A stretch of DNA of 59,830 nucleotides, filler included, from Nitrospinae bacterium RIFCSPLOWO2_12_FULL_45_22 (GTDB taxonomy: Bacteria > 2-12-FULL-45-22): assembly GCA_001803565.1 (NCBI GenBank). It is 7 parts of 7 records of this genome, joined end to end, with 100 filler letters (N's around TTAATTAATTAA, not from the genome) between each part and the next. Parts side by side here need not be neighbours in the genome. Positions count along the whole stretch, not along the records: positions 25,155 to 38,747 come from MHDQ01000273.1; positions 38,848 to 53,278 come from MHDQ01000274.1; 5 more parts are not named here. One strand, 5' to 3'. Made by a program: the position numbers and the translations under genes. Numbering within the stretch: the first letter of the stretch is position 1; each line of letters starts with the position of its first letter. The notes beneath the pieces were generated by a model, which was not told where the DNA came from, made no database searches, and saw only the letters and a program-made list of their open reading frames with translations. Shown here in pieces: positions 36,783 through 46,595 of the stretch.

Positions 36783-37951
36783 CCCGGAGGGTGATTATGG
36801 GCAACCATGCCGTCTCTTATGGGGTGATGCTTGCACGGGCTCAAGTGATTGCTGCTTATCCCATAACACCTCAGACCCAGGTAGTAGAATTCCTCTCAGA
36901 GATGTGTGCTGATGGCCGCTTAGCAGCCAAGTTTATTAAGGTAGAATCAGAACATTCTGCCCTGGCCTGTTGTATCGGTGCCGCTACCGCAGGATGCCGC
37001 ACTTTCACAGCCACCTCCGCCCAGGGGCTAGCCCTGATGCATGAATTACTCCATTGGGCCACCGCTGCCCGATTACCCATTGTTATGGCTAATGTCAACC
37101 GGGCATTGGCACCCGGCTGGAATATCTGGTGTGACCAGACAGATTCCTTGGCCCAGAGAGATACTGGCTGGATGCAGTTTTATTGCGATAGCAATCAGGA
37201 GATATTGGATAGCGTTTTGCTGGCCTATAGAGTAGCAGAGAAGAGCCTCTTGCCTGCTATGGTAGTATATGATGCCTTTTATCTATCTCATACTTCTGAG
37301 CCAGTAGATATACCCGAGCAAGAAGAGGTAGATGCCTTTCTACCACCTTTTCAACCGCCATATTTTCTGGATACAGATAATCCCCGTACCTTTTATCCCC
37401 TCTTAGGGCCAGAATATTATATGGAGTTTCGCTACCAGATGGAACAAGCTATGGAGAAGGCATTAAAGGCCTTTAATGAAGCGGGCACAGAATTAAAAAC
37501 CATCTTCGGGCGGGAATATCATCCTATTGAATATTATCGCTGCGAGGATGCTGAATTGATCCTGCTCACGGCTGGTAGCGCGGCTAGTACTGCCCGGGTT
37601 GTCATTGACCAGATGCGGGTAAAAGGCTATCCAGTAGGGTTGATGAAGATTAGATTATTCCGCCCTTTCCCAGGGCAAGAGCTGCGTGAGGCCCTGAGAA
37701 GTGTAGCTAAAATAACTGTGCTGGATCGAAACCTGTCCCCAGGAATTGGCGGAATCTTTGCCCAGGAACTGAAGGCTGTCCTGGTTAATAGCCCCAAACA
37801 TCCCGCAGTCTTTAGCTTTATTGCGGGCCTGGGCGGTAGGGATATTACCCCTCAGATCATCCAACAAGCCCTGGAAATAACCCTGGCAAATGACAGACCA
37901 GTAGCACACAGCGTATGGCTGGGCTTACAAGAAGAGATGATTAATAAATGA
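36779..37951 (+). CDS. 2-oxoacid:acceptor oxidoreductase alpha subunit (PorA-like)
   Basis: AAYPITPQT, ESEHSA, TATSAQGL, GLGGRD; ATGA overlap with the upstream gene. Confidence 0.92.
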   Translation: MTRRVIMGNHAVSYGVMLARAQVIAAYPITPQTQVVEFLSEMCADGRLAAKFIKVESEHSALACCIGAATAGCRTFTATSAQGLALMHELLHWATAARLPIVMANVNRALAPGWNIWCDQTDSLAQRDTGWMQFYCDSNQEILDSVLLAYRVAEKSLLPAMVVYDAFYLSHTSEPVDIPEQEEVDAFLPPFQPPYFLDTDNPRTFYPLLGPEYYMEFRYQMEQAMEKALKAFNEAGTELKTIFGREYHPIEYYRCEDAELILLTAGSAASTARVVIDQMRVKGYPVGLMKIRLFRPFPGQELREALRSVAKITVLDRNLSPGIGGIFAQELKAVLVNSPKHPAVFSFIAGLGGRDITPQIIQQALEITLANDRPVAHSVWLGLQEEMINK

Positions 37952-38093
37952 GGATACAGCCGTCAGCAAGACTTATCGTAAGGTGTTAGGGACAGAGCGT
38001 GAGAGCGTTAGGCGTAAAAAGAATTTCTCTTCACGCCTTGCCCCTTACGCCTTCTGCTTGTTTTTAGCTGAAGGCTGATAGCTGAAGGCTTAC
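37948..38093. mobile_element. Family A MITE-like element with degenerate left end
   Basis: Right end CTGAAGGCTTAC (reverse complement GTAAGCCTTCAG); flanks ATTAATAA/ATTAATGA; internal heptamer hairpin. Confidence 0.55.
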
Positions 38094-38094
38094 A

Positions 38095-38747
38095 TTAATG
38101 ATCGCCCCGGGTTAAGTAGACCACGTAGCCTTTCTGCCGGAGCTGGGAGGCTAATTCTTCGGCTGAGTCACGGGATTTGAAGCGCCCCAATCTTACTCTA
38201 TAGTATTTTGCCTTCCAGGTCTCATTCGTGGTTAGGTATACATCAGGATACTCTTGCCTCAATGTTTGCAGGAGGCTCTCGGCATTGGTCTTTATACTAA
38301 ATGATCCTACCTGTAAAGTATAATCTCCAGCTATTGACCCGGCACCTGAGGCGGGAATCTTCAGGATAGCAATTTGCACCGGTGCAAGACCATCATTGAC
38401 CATATCTAAAGCCTGGGCAGCACCAAAAGACAAATCAATCTCCCGGCCTTCAATAAATGGCCCCCGGTCATTAATCTTTAGTATTACCGATTTACCCTTT
38501 TCCTTGCGAGTAACCTGCACTACGGTTCCCAGAGGGAGGGTCTTATGCGCCGCTGTTATCCCATACATATCATAAATCTCACCACTAGCGGTAGGTTTTC
38601 CATGATAATCCTTACCATACCAGGATGCTACCCCTTCAATGACTTGTCCTTTATCATAAACAGGCGGAGGCACTGGGAGGGGCCGCCGGGCGCAAGACAA
38701 TAAAACTACCAATAGACAAAGGATTAACCGGTTTAGCCTAGACCGGG
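38095..38747 (-). CDS. rlpA: Septal ring lytic transglycosylase with SPOR domain (5' end at contig edge)
   Basis: Lipobox LLSC; GVASWYG..HGKPTASGE, TAAHKTLP, INDRGPF; SPOR LQVGSF. Confidence 0.92.
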
Positions 38748-38847
38748 NNNNNNNNNNNNNNNNNNNNNNNNNNNNNNNNNNNNNNNNNNNNTTAATTAAT
38801 TAANNNNNNNNNNNNNNNNNNNNNNNNNNNNNNNNNNNNNNNNNNNN
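38748..38847. other. Artificial contig linker
   Basis: N44-TTAATTAATTAA-N44. Confidence 0.99.
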
Positions 38848-38848
38848 T

Positions 38849-38974
38849 ACCTTCCTTCCCCGCGACCCCCTGGCCCTGCCTGTAAGCAATAAAGGCAATA
38901 CCTTGAGGGGGGCCTTTGGCAGCGTCTTCAAACATATGGTTGGCTCCAAATCCTGCGCCATTAATAACCATTAA
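38849..38974 (+). pseudogene. Possible cas6 (RAMP) N-terminal remnant
   Basis: TFLPRDPLALPVSNKGNTLRGAFGSVFKHMV resembles the L.LP..KG.TLRGAFG motif of Cas6; stops after 41 codons. Confidence 0.5.
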
Positions 38975-39026
38975 TAATAAGAAGAATTAGCTATTCTAGT
39001 AAACGACTTAAATAAGCGGGAAAGGG

Positions 39027-39152
39027 CTTTTCAAAACTTACTGAACCGGATATTGAAAGGATTATCCACGAATCCAGGGGTCTCAGTTGAAGCGTATAGT
39101 TCTTAGCACCAATGTTTCCATTTCTGCTTTTTTCTGGAAGGGTTATAGGTAG
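39027..39152 (+). pseudogene. Decayed toxin-antitoxin remnant (antitoxin tail plus PIN toxin start)
   Basis: KLTEPDIERIIHESRG-stop overlaps by TTGA with MKRIVLSTNVSISAFFWKG-stop, a degraded VLDTNV.IS PIN motif. Confidence 0.55.
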
Positions 39153-39186
39153 TTTTGTTCTTTGACAGTTTAAACTGGCGTGAGGC

Positions 39187-39585
39187 TTACAACCAATCTA
39201 TTTCTACGAGTTCTTCAACTTTTTTGAATTCAGGGTCTCCGGTAGCAATAGCGGCTTTTTCCTTTAAAGCGGTAGCGACAGCGAAGCAATCGGCATAAGA
39301 AATAGGGTATTTGGCCTTGATCCTTGAAGCTTTTATTATTTGCTCAAAGGAGTTAGAGAGGATCTCTATTGGTAGACTTGGAAGGATAACCTCTATAAAA
39401 TAGTCAGCATAGCCAGAGTCTCGCTCTCTTGCAAGGATATAATAAGTCTCCCCGATATTCAACTCGTTCATTATAAGAGGATTATCCTCAGACGAAGATA
39501 ATAGATCCTTTACCCTTTGATATTTATCTTCTTTTTTTAGATAGGCGAGAAGGCTGTAAGAATCGAGCAATTTCTTTTTCTTCAC
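39187..39585 (-). CDS. vapC: PIN-domain toxin
   Basis: LLDSY.LLAYL, NIGE.YY, ISYADCFA, TGDPEF. Confidence 0.88.
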   Translation of the reverse strand: MKKKKLLDSYSLLAYLKKEDKYQRVKDLLSSSEDNPLIMNELNIGETYYILARERDSGYADYFIEVILPSLPIEILSNSFEQIIKASRIKAKYPISYADCFAVATALKEKAAIATGDPEFKKVEELVEIDWL

Positions 39586-39811
39586 GCTCCAATTCCTCCT
39601 TACGCGCTTTTAAAAGGGCATCTACCAGGGAAGAGCCCTTCTCGAAAATGCCACAAAAGGCTTCAACGGGATTCTCCGGTAGTGGTATAATCTCAAGATG
39701 ATCATTGGCCAGTTTTAAAAGCACCCTCTGTTTCTGTTTTATATGGAGAGCTTCTCTTATTTCCTTAGGAATTACCACCTGCCCTTTGGAGGATACTGTA
39801 GCTATTGCCAT
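39524..39811 (-). CDS. AbrB/MazE-type antitoxin
   Basis: TVSSKGQVVIPKEIREAL; overlaps the toxin gene. Confidence 0.88.
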   Translation of the reverse strand: MAIATVSSKGQVVIPKEIREALHIKQKQRVLLKLANDHLEIIPLPENPVEAFCGIFEKGSSLVDALLKARKEELEREEKEIARFLQPSRLSKKRR

Positions 39812-40041
39812 AGGTTTTACCTCCCTTTTATTGTCTTACTTTGATAAGTTAAATTAACATATTAGATAAAGTAAGTAAAATAAAAATGCTGATGAAGGGT
39901 TGAGACATAAGGAAATTTTTTACCCAATTTCCTTCCGGAAATAAAATTTTACGGTAATGGTATTGACAAAAATCCCTTTAATGTGTCCGCTATCCTATAA
40001 ATACCTTCCCCTAACTTGACATTGTCACATTTGCCATGTCA

Positions 40042-41139
40042 TTACATATGGTGCCATAAAGAAAAAATTTCTTTTAAGATAGCTTCCTTTTTAGCGAGCA
40101 TCTCTTTTTTCGAACGGCAGCGGATGATTCCACTCCCTGCCCCGGGATGCCCATCGCCCATATTTAACCGCCGCATGATCTCACCCACATCTTTGCTATG
40201 TTCTAAACCTTGTCCTGAGTGAAACGAAGGGTCTTTAAGGGTGAATCCTAAAGACATGGAGAAATTCAGGTCATTAGTCTTTATCCCCTGGTAGAAGAGG
40301 TTTTGGACTTCTACCACGGCCTGGGCCTGGGGATAAAGAAGGAAGGCCAGATTTTTAACTATTGTGGGTTTCCGGGTATGGGGAGTAAGGTCTATGATGA
40401 TTATTACTTTATCTTTATCTTCTGGCAAGAAATAAACCCCTTCCTGGATGAGCCGTAGCATCCCTTCTTCCTTCTCTTTATATTTCTGGAAGCGTTGCCG
40501 CACCGCTGGGGCCTGCGCTATTTCCCCCAAAGGCGTCTTCTTTATCTGATCAACTAAAGTCCTCAGGTATTGGTTCTTTTGCTGGATATCCCCCTCCGGG
40601 TATTTTATCGAATAGTCAATGATCTTCCCCGGTGTCTCTTGCCGCCAGGTGTCAATATCAGAATAATTAAAAGAATCAATAATATCCACGGCCTGGACAG
40701 TCTCTTCTAAGAAGAACGGTAAGGGGTGAAGGGTAAGAGGCGGTAAGGAGTAAGGAGTAAGGAGTGAGGAGTTCTTATTGTTCACGGCTGACGGCTCGCT
40801 GCTCCCTTCCTGCCTGGCTGGCAGACAGGTAAAATAGTTATAGGCCACCCGGGCACAGGAAGGCTCTAGTTGAAACTGCCCGGCAATACCAGCAATATCT
40901 ACTCCCCTTAACTCTAAGGCCATCAGATTACCCTGGTGGTGGTCAAACCACATACCACATTCCGCCGGGTAAGGAAGGTCACAAACAATATCCTTCTCTG
41001 TTATAGAAATTTTTCGTTGCTCGATAGAATTGGGGCCAGTAAAGATAACCCGATTTATGCCTAAGGCCAGGGAAACAATGGCCGCTGAAGCTACACCGTC
41101 AAAGTCATTATGGGTGATAATACTCTGATAATAGCCCAT
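40042..41139 (-). CDS. DHH-superfamily phosphoesterase-like protein with in-frame repeat insertions
   Basis: THNDFDG, CDLPY, WFDHH, PSCARV, GDGHPGAG. Confidence 0.75.
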   Translation of the reverse strand: MGYYQSIITHNDFDGVASAAIVSLALGINRVIFTGPNSIEQRKISITEKDIVCDLPYPAECGMWFDHHQGNLMALELRGVDIAGIAGQFQLEPSCARVAYNYFTCLPARQEGSSEPSAVNNKNSSLLTPYSLPPLTLHPLPFFLEETVQAVDIIDSFNYSDIDTWRQETPGKIIDYSIKYPEGDIQQKNQYLRTLVDQIKKTPLGEIAQAPAVRQRFQKYKEKEEGMLRLIQEGVYFLPEDKDKVIIIIDLTPHTRKPTIVKNLAFLLYPQAQAVVEVQNLFYQGIKTNDLNFSMSLGFTLKDPSFHSGQGLEHSKDVGEIMRRLNMGDGHPGAGSGIIRCRSKKEMLAKKEAILKEIFSLWHHM

Positions 41140-41206
41140 CGTAAAACCCAGAGCACAGAACTAAGAGCAAAGACCAGCCTCTGTTCTGCGCTCTTTTTTC
41201 TTTGTT

Positions 41207-41941
41207 CTAAAGAAGCCCGCCATCTACCCCCAGATGTTGCCCGGTGATATAGCTAGCCTCATCAGAGGCCAGGAAGATAAAGGCCGGGGCAATCTCTTCT
41301 TCGCGGGACATCCTACCTAGTGCCCTTCTCTTGAGTAGTTGCTGGAATACATCCTCGGGGACATTTTCATACATACGGGTCCGGTGGGAAGCAGAGACAG
41401 CATTTACGGTAATATTATATCTACCAAATTCCTTGGCCAGGGTCCTGGTAAGGGCAATTACCCCGGCCTTAGCGGCTGAATAGTTAGCTTGCCCTACATT
41501 CCCTATGACTCCGGCAACGGACGCTACGTTAATAATACGCCCGTAGTTCTGTTCTTTCATAACCGGGAAGGCCGCCTTTATACAACAGAACACCCCTTTA
41601 AGATCAACCGTCATTACCTGGTCCCATTCTTCCTCGGTCATCCTATGGAACATGGCATCTTTACTAATGCCGGCATTATTAACCAGGATATCTATCCGAC
41701 CAAAATTATCAATAGCAGTCCTGGTAAGCCCTTCTGCCCCAGTCAGGGCAGTGATATCATTATAGTTCCCTACCGCTGCTCCGCCCGATTCCTTGATCTC
41801 TGCTACTACTCCATCTACCTTTTCTGTCGTGGTCCCATTTACTACTACCTTTGCCCCTTCCGAAGCCATTCCAAGAGCTATTAGGCGGCCTATGCCCCTA
41901 CCTGAACCAGTAATCACTGCGATTTTATCTCTTAGTCTCAT
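41207..41941 (-). CDS. Short-chain dehydrogenase/reductase, FabG-like
   Basis: TGSGRGIG, NNAG, YSAAK. Confidence 0.92.
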   Translation of the reverse strand: MRLRDKIAVITGSGRGIGRLIALGMASEGAKVVVNGTTTEKVDGVVAEIKESGGAAVGNYNDITALTGAEGLTRTAIDNFGRIDILVNNAGISKDAMFHRMTEEEWDQVMTVDLKGVFCCIKAAFPVMKEQNYGRIINVASVAGVIGNVGQANYSAAKAGVIALTRTLAKEFGRYNITVNAVSASHRTRMYENVPEDVFQQLLKRRALGRMSREEEIAPAFIFLASDEASYITGQHLGVDGGLL

Positions 41942-42105
41942 AATAAACTCCCCTCATTATGCGCAAACATTCAGCCAACTGACCTTTCTTTGCCCCCCAG
42001 ACAAAAAACAAAGGAAGCGTAAGACGAAAAGCTAAAAGTGCAAAGTTAAGGAATATTTACCGTAGTTTTAAACTTTACGCTTTGAGCTTCTTAGTTAAAG
42101 GAAAC

Positions 42106-42432
42106 TTAGACATGGTTATCCAGGAGCTTTTTAATATCTCCTTTGGGCCTGGCGCCTACTAACTGGCCTGCTACCTGGCCCTCTTTAAAAAGTATAAGGG
42201 TGGGTATACTCCTGACATTGAACTGACCGGGGGTGCGAGGATTTTTATCCACATTGAGTTTTCCAACCCTTACCCGGCCATGATACTCATTAGCTAATTC
42301 TTCTATAGTAGGGGCGATAGTCTTGCAGGGGCCACACCAGGTAGCCCAAAAATCTACCAGGGTTGGAGTAACTATATTAAGTACTTGAGCATCAAAATTG
42401 TCATCTGAAAATTCTAAAATTTTATCTGTCAT
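42106..42432 (-). CDS. trxA: Thioredoxin
   Basis: DFWATWCGPCK, SIPTL. Confidence 0.95.
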   Translation of the reverse strand: MTDKILEFSDDNFDAQVLNIVTPTLVDFWATWCGPCKTIAPTIEELANEYHGRVRVGKLNVDKNPRTPGQFNVRSIPTLILFKEGQVAGQLVGARPKGDIKKLLDNHV

Positions 42433-42510
42433 AATCTTCCCCTCCTTCTAACTGAAAAGGTATTGTCAAAACTTCACCACAGAGCATACAGGGTATCCCT
42501 CCATAAAGGG

Positions 42511-42533
42511 GTAGGTCAGGCATCTCGCCTGAC
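42511..42533. repeat. GTAG-type REP-like palindrome
   Basis: GTAG-GTCAGG..CCTGAC. Confidence 0.5.
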
Positions 42534-42549
42534 TAATTTTCATGCCTCG

Positions 42550-43047
42550 CTAAAAGATAAGTATATAAACCTGTAGCAAAAGATTAGTTATTATCCCCGC
42601 TGCCAAATCATCCAGCATTACTCCCCAACCCCGGCCTAAAGATTCTAGCAAAGACCAGGGTTTCCAGATATCAAAGAGCCGGAAAAAAATAAAAGCCGCT
42701 AGCAGATACGGTAACTCATGAGGAAGTAGAAGGATAGACACGAAAAAACCTACCAGCTCATCAATAACAATACTGGAGTGATCCTTCTTGCCCAGGATTA
42801 CCTCGGCTTCTCCCGAGACCCATACGCCTAAAAAAAATAAGGATACGATTATTATAACATGGGCAGAGGGATTCATTTGCTGACGAAATAATAAGGTGAT
42901 AACTAATCCCAATAGACTACCCCAGGTGCCTGGAAACAAAGGCAACTGTCCCATGCCTCCACAACTGGCCACAAAGAGGATCAAGGAGTTTTGCCAACCC
43001 TTGACCGGCTTAATAGCTTCAGTTGCTAGATCATCCCTATTAGTCAT
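42550..43047 (-). CDS. pgpA: Phosphatidylglycerophosphatase A
   Basis: PGTWGS, IVIDE.VG, FRLFDIWKP, GVMLDD. Confidence 0.92.
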   Translation of the reverse strand: MTNRDDLATEAIKPVKGWQNSLILFVASCGGMGQLPLFPGTWGSLLGLVITLLFRQQMNPSAHVIIIVSLFFLGVWVSGEAEVILGKKDHSSIVIDELVGFFVSILLLPHELPYLLAAFIFFRLFDIWKPWSLLESLGRGWGVMLDDLAAGIITNLLLQVYILIF

Positions 43048-43055
43048 CAAACCCC

Positions 43056-44207
43056 CTATCTTGTAGGGAGCAAGGAGGTAGCCATCTCCCTGCCCCATTG
43101 GTCTGCCGCTAAGACATCTTCCAGCGATAGGATAGGAGAGGGTGAGTGGTGGTCTATGGCCTTTTCAATGATCCGGGGAATATCCAAAAACTTGATCGTA
43201 TTCGTCAGAAAGGCCTGAACCGCCACTTCATTAGCGGCATTCAGAACCGCTGGCATAGTATTGCCTATTTCCAGCGCACAGTAAGCATATCTTAGGCAAG
43301 CGAAGAGATTCAAATCAGGCTTTTCAAAGGTCAAAGTACCTACCTGGGTAAGGTCTAAAGGAGGCAACTGATTTGGCAGCCGCTCAGGATAGCTCAAGGC
43401 ATAAGCAATGGGGATACGCATATCCGGTATGCCCAGTTGGGCAATAACTGCCCCATCAATAAATTCTACCATAGAGTGGACTATGCTTTGATGATGGATA
43501 GTTACCTCTATCTTCTCCTGAGGCATATCAAACAACCACCGTGCTTCGATGACTTCGAACCCTTTATTCATTAGAGTGGCTGAATCTATGGTTATCTTTT
43601 TTCCCATTGCCCAGTTAGGGTGTTTTAATGCCTCGGCCAGAGAGACTCTCTCCATCTCTGCCGCAGTATAATGCCGCAAAGGCCCCCCTGAGGCCGTTAA
43701 GATGATTCTTTTTATATCTTTTTTATCTACCCCGGTCAATGATTGGAATAGGGCACTGTGTTCGCTGTCAATGGGAATAATATTCTCTAGCATATCAGCT
43801 TCTTTAGCTATCAATTCCCCCGCCATAACCAGGGTCTCTTTATTTGCCAGGGCAACCCTTTTCCTGGCTTTAATAGCGGCATAAGTAGGGATCAAGCCAG
43901 CGGCTCCTACAATAGCAGAAACTATCAAATCTGCCTCAGGATGAGTAGCAAGCTGTACCGTCCCCTGGAGGCCCTTCCAAACCTCAATATCTAGATCTAT
44001 TAGTTTTTTCTGGAGCTTATCGGCCGCTTCATCATCATAAAGAGAAACGATCCTGGGGTTAAACTTGCGGGCCTGTGATTCCAAAAGGGAGCTATTTTTG
44101 TGGGTGGCTAAGCCCAGGATTTCATACTTATCCTGATGCTCTTGAATAACCCTTAAGGTGTTTACCCCAATAGAGCCGGTGGAGCCTAAAATAATTACCT
44201 TCTTCAT
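43056..44207 (-). CDS. dxr: 1-deoxy-D-xylulose 5-phosphate reductoisomerase
   Basis: LGSTGSIG, LANKE, DSEHSA, HPNW.MG.KITIDSAT. Confidence 0.97.
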   Translation of the reverse strand: MKKVIILGSTGSIGVNTLRVIQEHQDKYEILGLATHKNSSLLESQARKFNPRIVSLYDDEAADKLQKKLIDLDIEVWKGLQGTVQLATHPEADLIVSAIVGAAGLIPTYAAIKARKRVALANKETLVMAGELIAKEADMLENIIPIDSEHSALFQSLTGVDKKDIKRIILTASGGPLRHYTAAEMERVSLAEALKHPNWAMGKKITIDSATLMNKGFEVIEARWLFDMPQEKIEVTIHHQSIVHSMVEFIDGAVIAQLGIPDMRIPIAYALSYPERLPNQLPPLDLTQVGTLTFEKPDLNLFACLRYAYCALEIGNTMPAVLNAANEVAVQAFLTNTIKFLDIPRIIEKAIDHHSPSPILSLEDVLAADQWGREMATSLLPTR

Positions 44208-45001
44208 ATCCGGATAAAATAGCAATAATAATACAGGGCTGGGACAGAAAATATCAGGCTATCCAGCCTATCCAGCACCCCACCATGGCCAGGGAGGAGA
44301 GAGCCAGAATCCTTTACGCCACAACCCCGCTTGAGCAAAGACTCGCTTAAGTCACCTAATTGTCCCAGGCCATTTAACAATATACCTACTAACAGGGTGT
44401 TCATCAAGCCCCAGGAACTTAAAAACCATTCCCGGGCTAAAAAGGCCCCTAAAATCCCACCTATAAGATTGGCTACGGCACCTTCGATGGTCTTATTCGG
44501 GCTGGTTTGCGGGGCTAATTTGTGCCTTCCCCATTTACTGCCCACATAATAAGCGGCAGTATCCCCTACCCAGATTACCAGCAAGATAAAAAAGATATAT
44601 TCTTTCCCCTGTGGTAGGTTATATAAAAGTATAAAATGGCTAAGCAGCCAACTGGTATAAAAGACCCCGAGGAAGGTATTACCCAGGGCAGAAATTCTCT
44701 CTAAAACCCCATCACCCCTCCAGAACAATTGACTACTCAGTAAAATAATAACAAAGAGGTAAAGGACAAGGTTCACCAGTACTGGCTCATCCCAGTAAAA
44801 GAAAAGGGGCAATAACCCCCCGGCTAGAAAGCCACCGTGTTGATAATACCCCAGGTTCTTATTTCTTAAAAGGCTGAAGAACTCTGCCAGACCCAGTAAT
44901 ATAATTAGTGTGATAAATAGATAAAATAAGAAGGGAGGGGCTTTGAGTACTAATAATATGGTTAGAGGTATAAGGAGGGCAGCAGTAAAAACCCTTTTCA
45001 C
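44204..45001 (-). CDS. cdsA: Phosphatidate cytidylyltransferase
   Basis: SPNKTIEG, GDLSESLLKR..GVKDSG.LLPGHGG.LDR.DS. Confidence 0.95.
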   Translation of the reverse strand: MKRVFTAALLIPLTILLVLKAPPFLFYLFITLIILLGLAEFFSLLRNKNLGYYQHGGFLAGGLLPLFFYWDEPVLVNLVLYLFVIILLSSQLFWRGDGVLERISALGNTFLGVFYTSWLLSHFILLYNLPQGKEYIFFILLVIWVGDTAAYYVGSKWGRHKLAPQTSPNKTIEGAVANLIGGILGAFLAREWFLSSWGLMNTLLVGILLNGLGQLGDLSESLLKRGCGVKDSGSLLPGHGGVLDRLDSLIFSVPALYYYCYFIRI

Positions 45002-45786
45002 CTTATTTCCCTGGATGCAAGCTGCTGACCAGTCAAACCAAACCGGCGTTCCCGTTTCTGGTAATCTAGCAAGGCAAGCAAAAGGTCATTCTCCTGGAAA
45101 TCAGGCCATAATTTGCGGGTGAAATATAATTCCGTGTAAGCAATCTGCCATAAGAGGAAATTACTAATTCTGAACTCCCCACTGGTCCTTATCAAAAGGT
45201 CTGGTTCAGGCAAGCCCGAGGTATTTAGATATTGTCCGAAAAGGTCTTCATCAATCTCCTCTAGAGCAATATTGCCCTTAAGGAGGTCCTGGCAGATACC
45301 CTTCACTGCCTGGGTTATCTCGGTTCGGCTACCATAGCTCAATGCCAGGGTCAAGACCATGGCTTCATTATCCCTGGTCTCTCTAATGACCTTCTCTACT
45401 GCTTTTTGAACTGATACCGGCAGATCTTCTAGCCGACCAATTACATTACAGCGAATATTCTCTCTTTTCATCCGAGCAAGTTCTTTATGGATATATTCCT
45501 CCAGGAGTTGCATCAGGGTATCTACCTCTGCCTTAGGCCGGTTCCAATTTTCTATAGAAAAGCTGTATAGAGTTAAGGCCCTTATCCCTATCTTACGGCA
45601 GATAGTTACTGCTGCTTCCACGGATTTAATACCAGCACGATGACCAGCAACCCGGGGAAGAAATCGTTTTTGCGCCCACCTGCCATTACCATCCATTATA
45701 ATAGCAATATGCTGTGGGAGTCTTTCTTGGTCCAACTGGTCAATTAATTTCTGACTGGCCAAATGACTGCTCTCCGCCTTGGTCAT
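44998..45786 (-). CDS. uppS: Undecaprenyl diphosphate synthase
   Basis: IMDGNGRWA, FSIENW, RTSGE.RISNF. Confidence 0.97.
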   Translation of the reverse strand: MTKAESSHLASQKLIDQLDQERLPQHIAIIMDGNGRWAQKRFLPRVAGHRAGIKSVEAAVTICRKIGIRALTLYSFSIENWNRPKAEVDTLMQLLEEYIHKELARMKRENIRCNVIGRLEDLPVSVQKAVEKVIRETRDNEAMVLTLALSYGSRTEITQAVKGICQDLLKGNIALEEIDEDLFGQYLNTSGLPEPDLLIRTSGEFRISNFLLWQIAYTELYFTRKLWPDFQENDLLLALLDYQKRERRFGLTGQQLASREIR

Positions 45787-45999
45787 TAGTCATTGGAGAA
45801 AAATTTAATGTAGTAGCAGAGCTTGCCTCTGCCTCAAACCGCTTGTAGCAAAGACAGGCTTTTGGGTGCCCTTTGGGTGTTGCCTTAGATTGACTTGCTT
45901 TGGATTCAGGATTATATATAACTTGTTTTGTCTTGTTTTGCTGAGGGCTAACCGCTGCGGGCTGGACGTTTGCCAGGAAAACAGGGACCAATGACTAAG

Positions 46000-46560
46000 T
46001 TAGAGCTCAAGAATCTCTTTACTCTTCCGCTCTCCTAGTTCATCTACCAGCTCAATAAATTTGTCAGTAATCTTCTGGATATTTTCCTGGGTCTTATATA
46101 ATTCATCCTCGGTAATCTCTTTCTCCTTCTCTAGCGATTTGAGCTCCTCATTTTTTTCCCGCCGGATGTTTCTAACAGCTACCTTACGCTCTTCCCCCAT
46201 CTTTTTTACCACTTTTACTAGTTCTTTTCGTCTTTCCTCTGTTAAGGGAGGGACAGGGATTCTTATTATCTTCCCATCATTAGCAGGAGTAAGCCCTAGA
46301 TCGGCTTTAAGGATGGCTTTCTCTATTTCCCCTAATAAACCCCTATCCCAGGGCTGTACCGTAATAAGGCGGCTTTCTGGAGTCGAAAGGGTAGCTATGT
46401 GGCTGAGGGGAGTGGGGCTACCATAAGAATTTACTACTACCCCTTCCAGAATAGAGGTAGAGGCCCGGCCAGTTCGGACAGTATTAAGTTGTTTTTTATA
46501 TGCTTCAATAGAGTTCTGCATCTTCTTCTCAGTGTCTTTATAAATCTTCTCTACCACCAT
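46000..46560 (-). CDS. frr: Ribosome recycling factor
   Basis: VRTGRA, PPLTEERRKEL, VRNIRR. Confidence 0.97.
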   Translation of the reverse strand: MVVEKIYKDTEKKMQNSIEAYKKQLNTVRTGRASTSILEGVVVNSYGSPTPLSHIATLSTPESRLITVQPWDRGLLGEIEKAILKADLGLTPANDGKIIRIPVPPLTEERRKELVKVVKKMGEERKVAVRNIRREKNEELKSLEKEKEITEDELYKTQENIQKITDKFIELVDELGERKSKEILEL

Positions 46561-46595
46561 AACCTCGATCTTCCAGGAATTTCCTTTTTGCTGGG

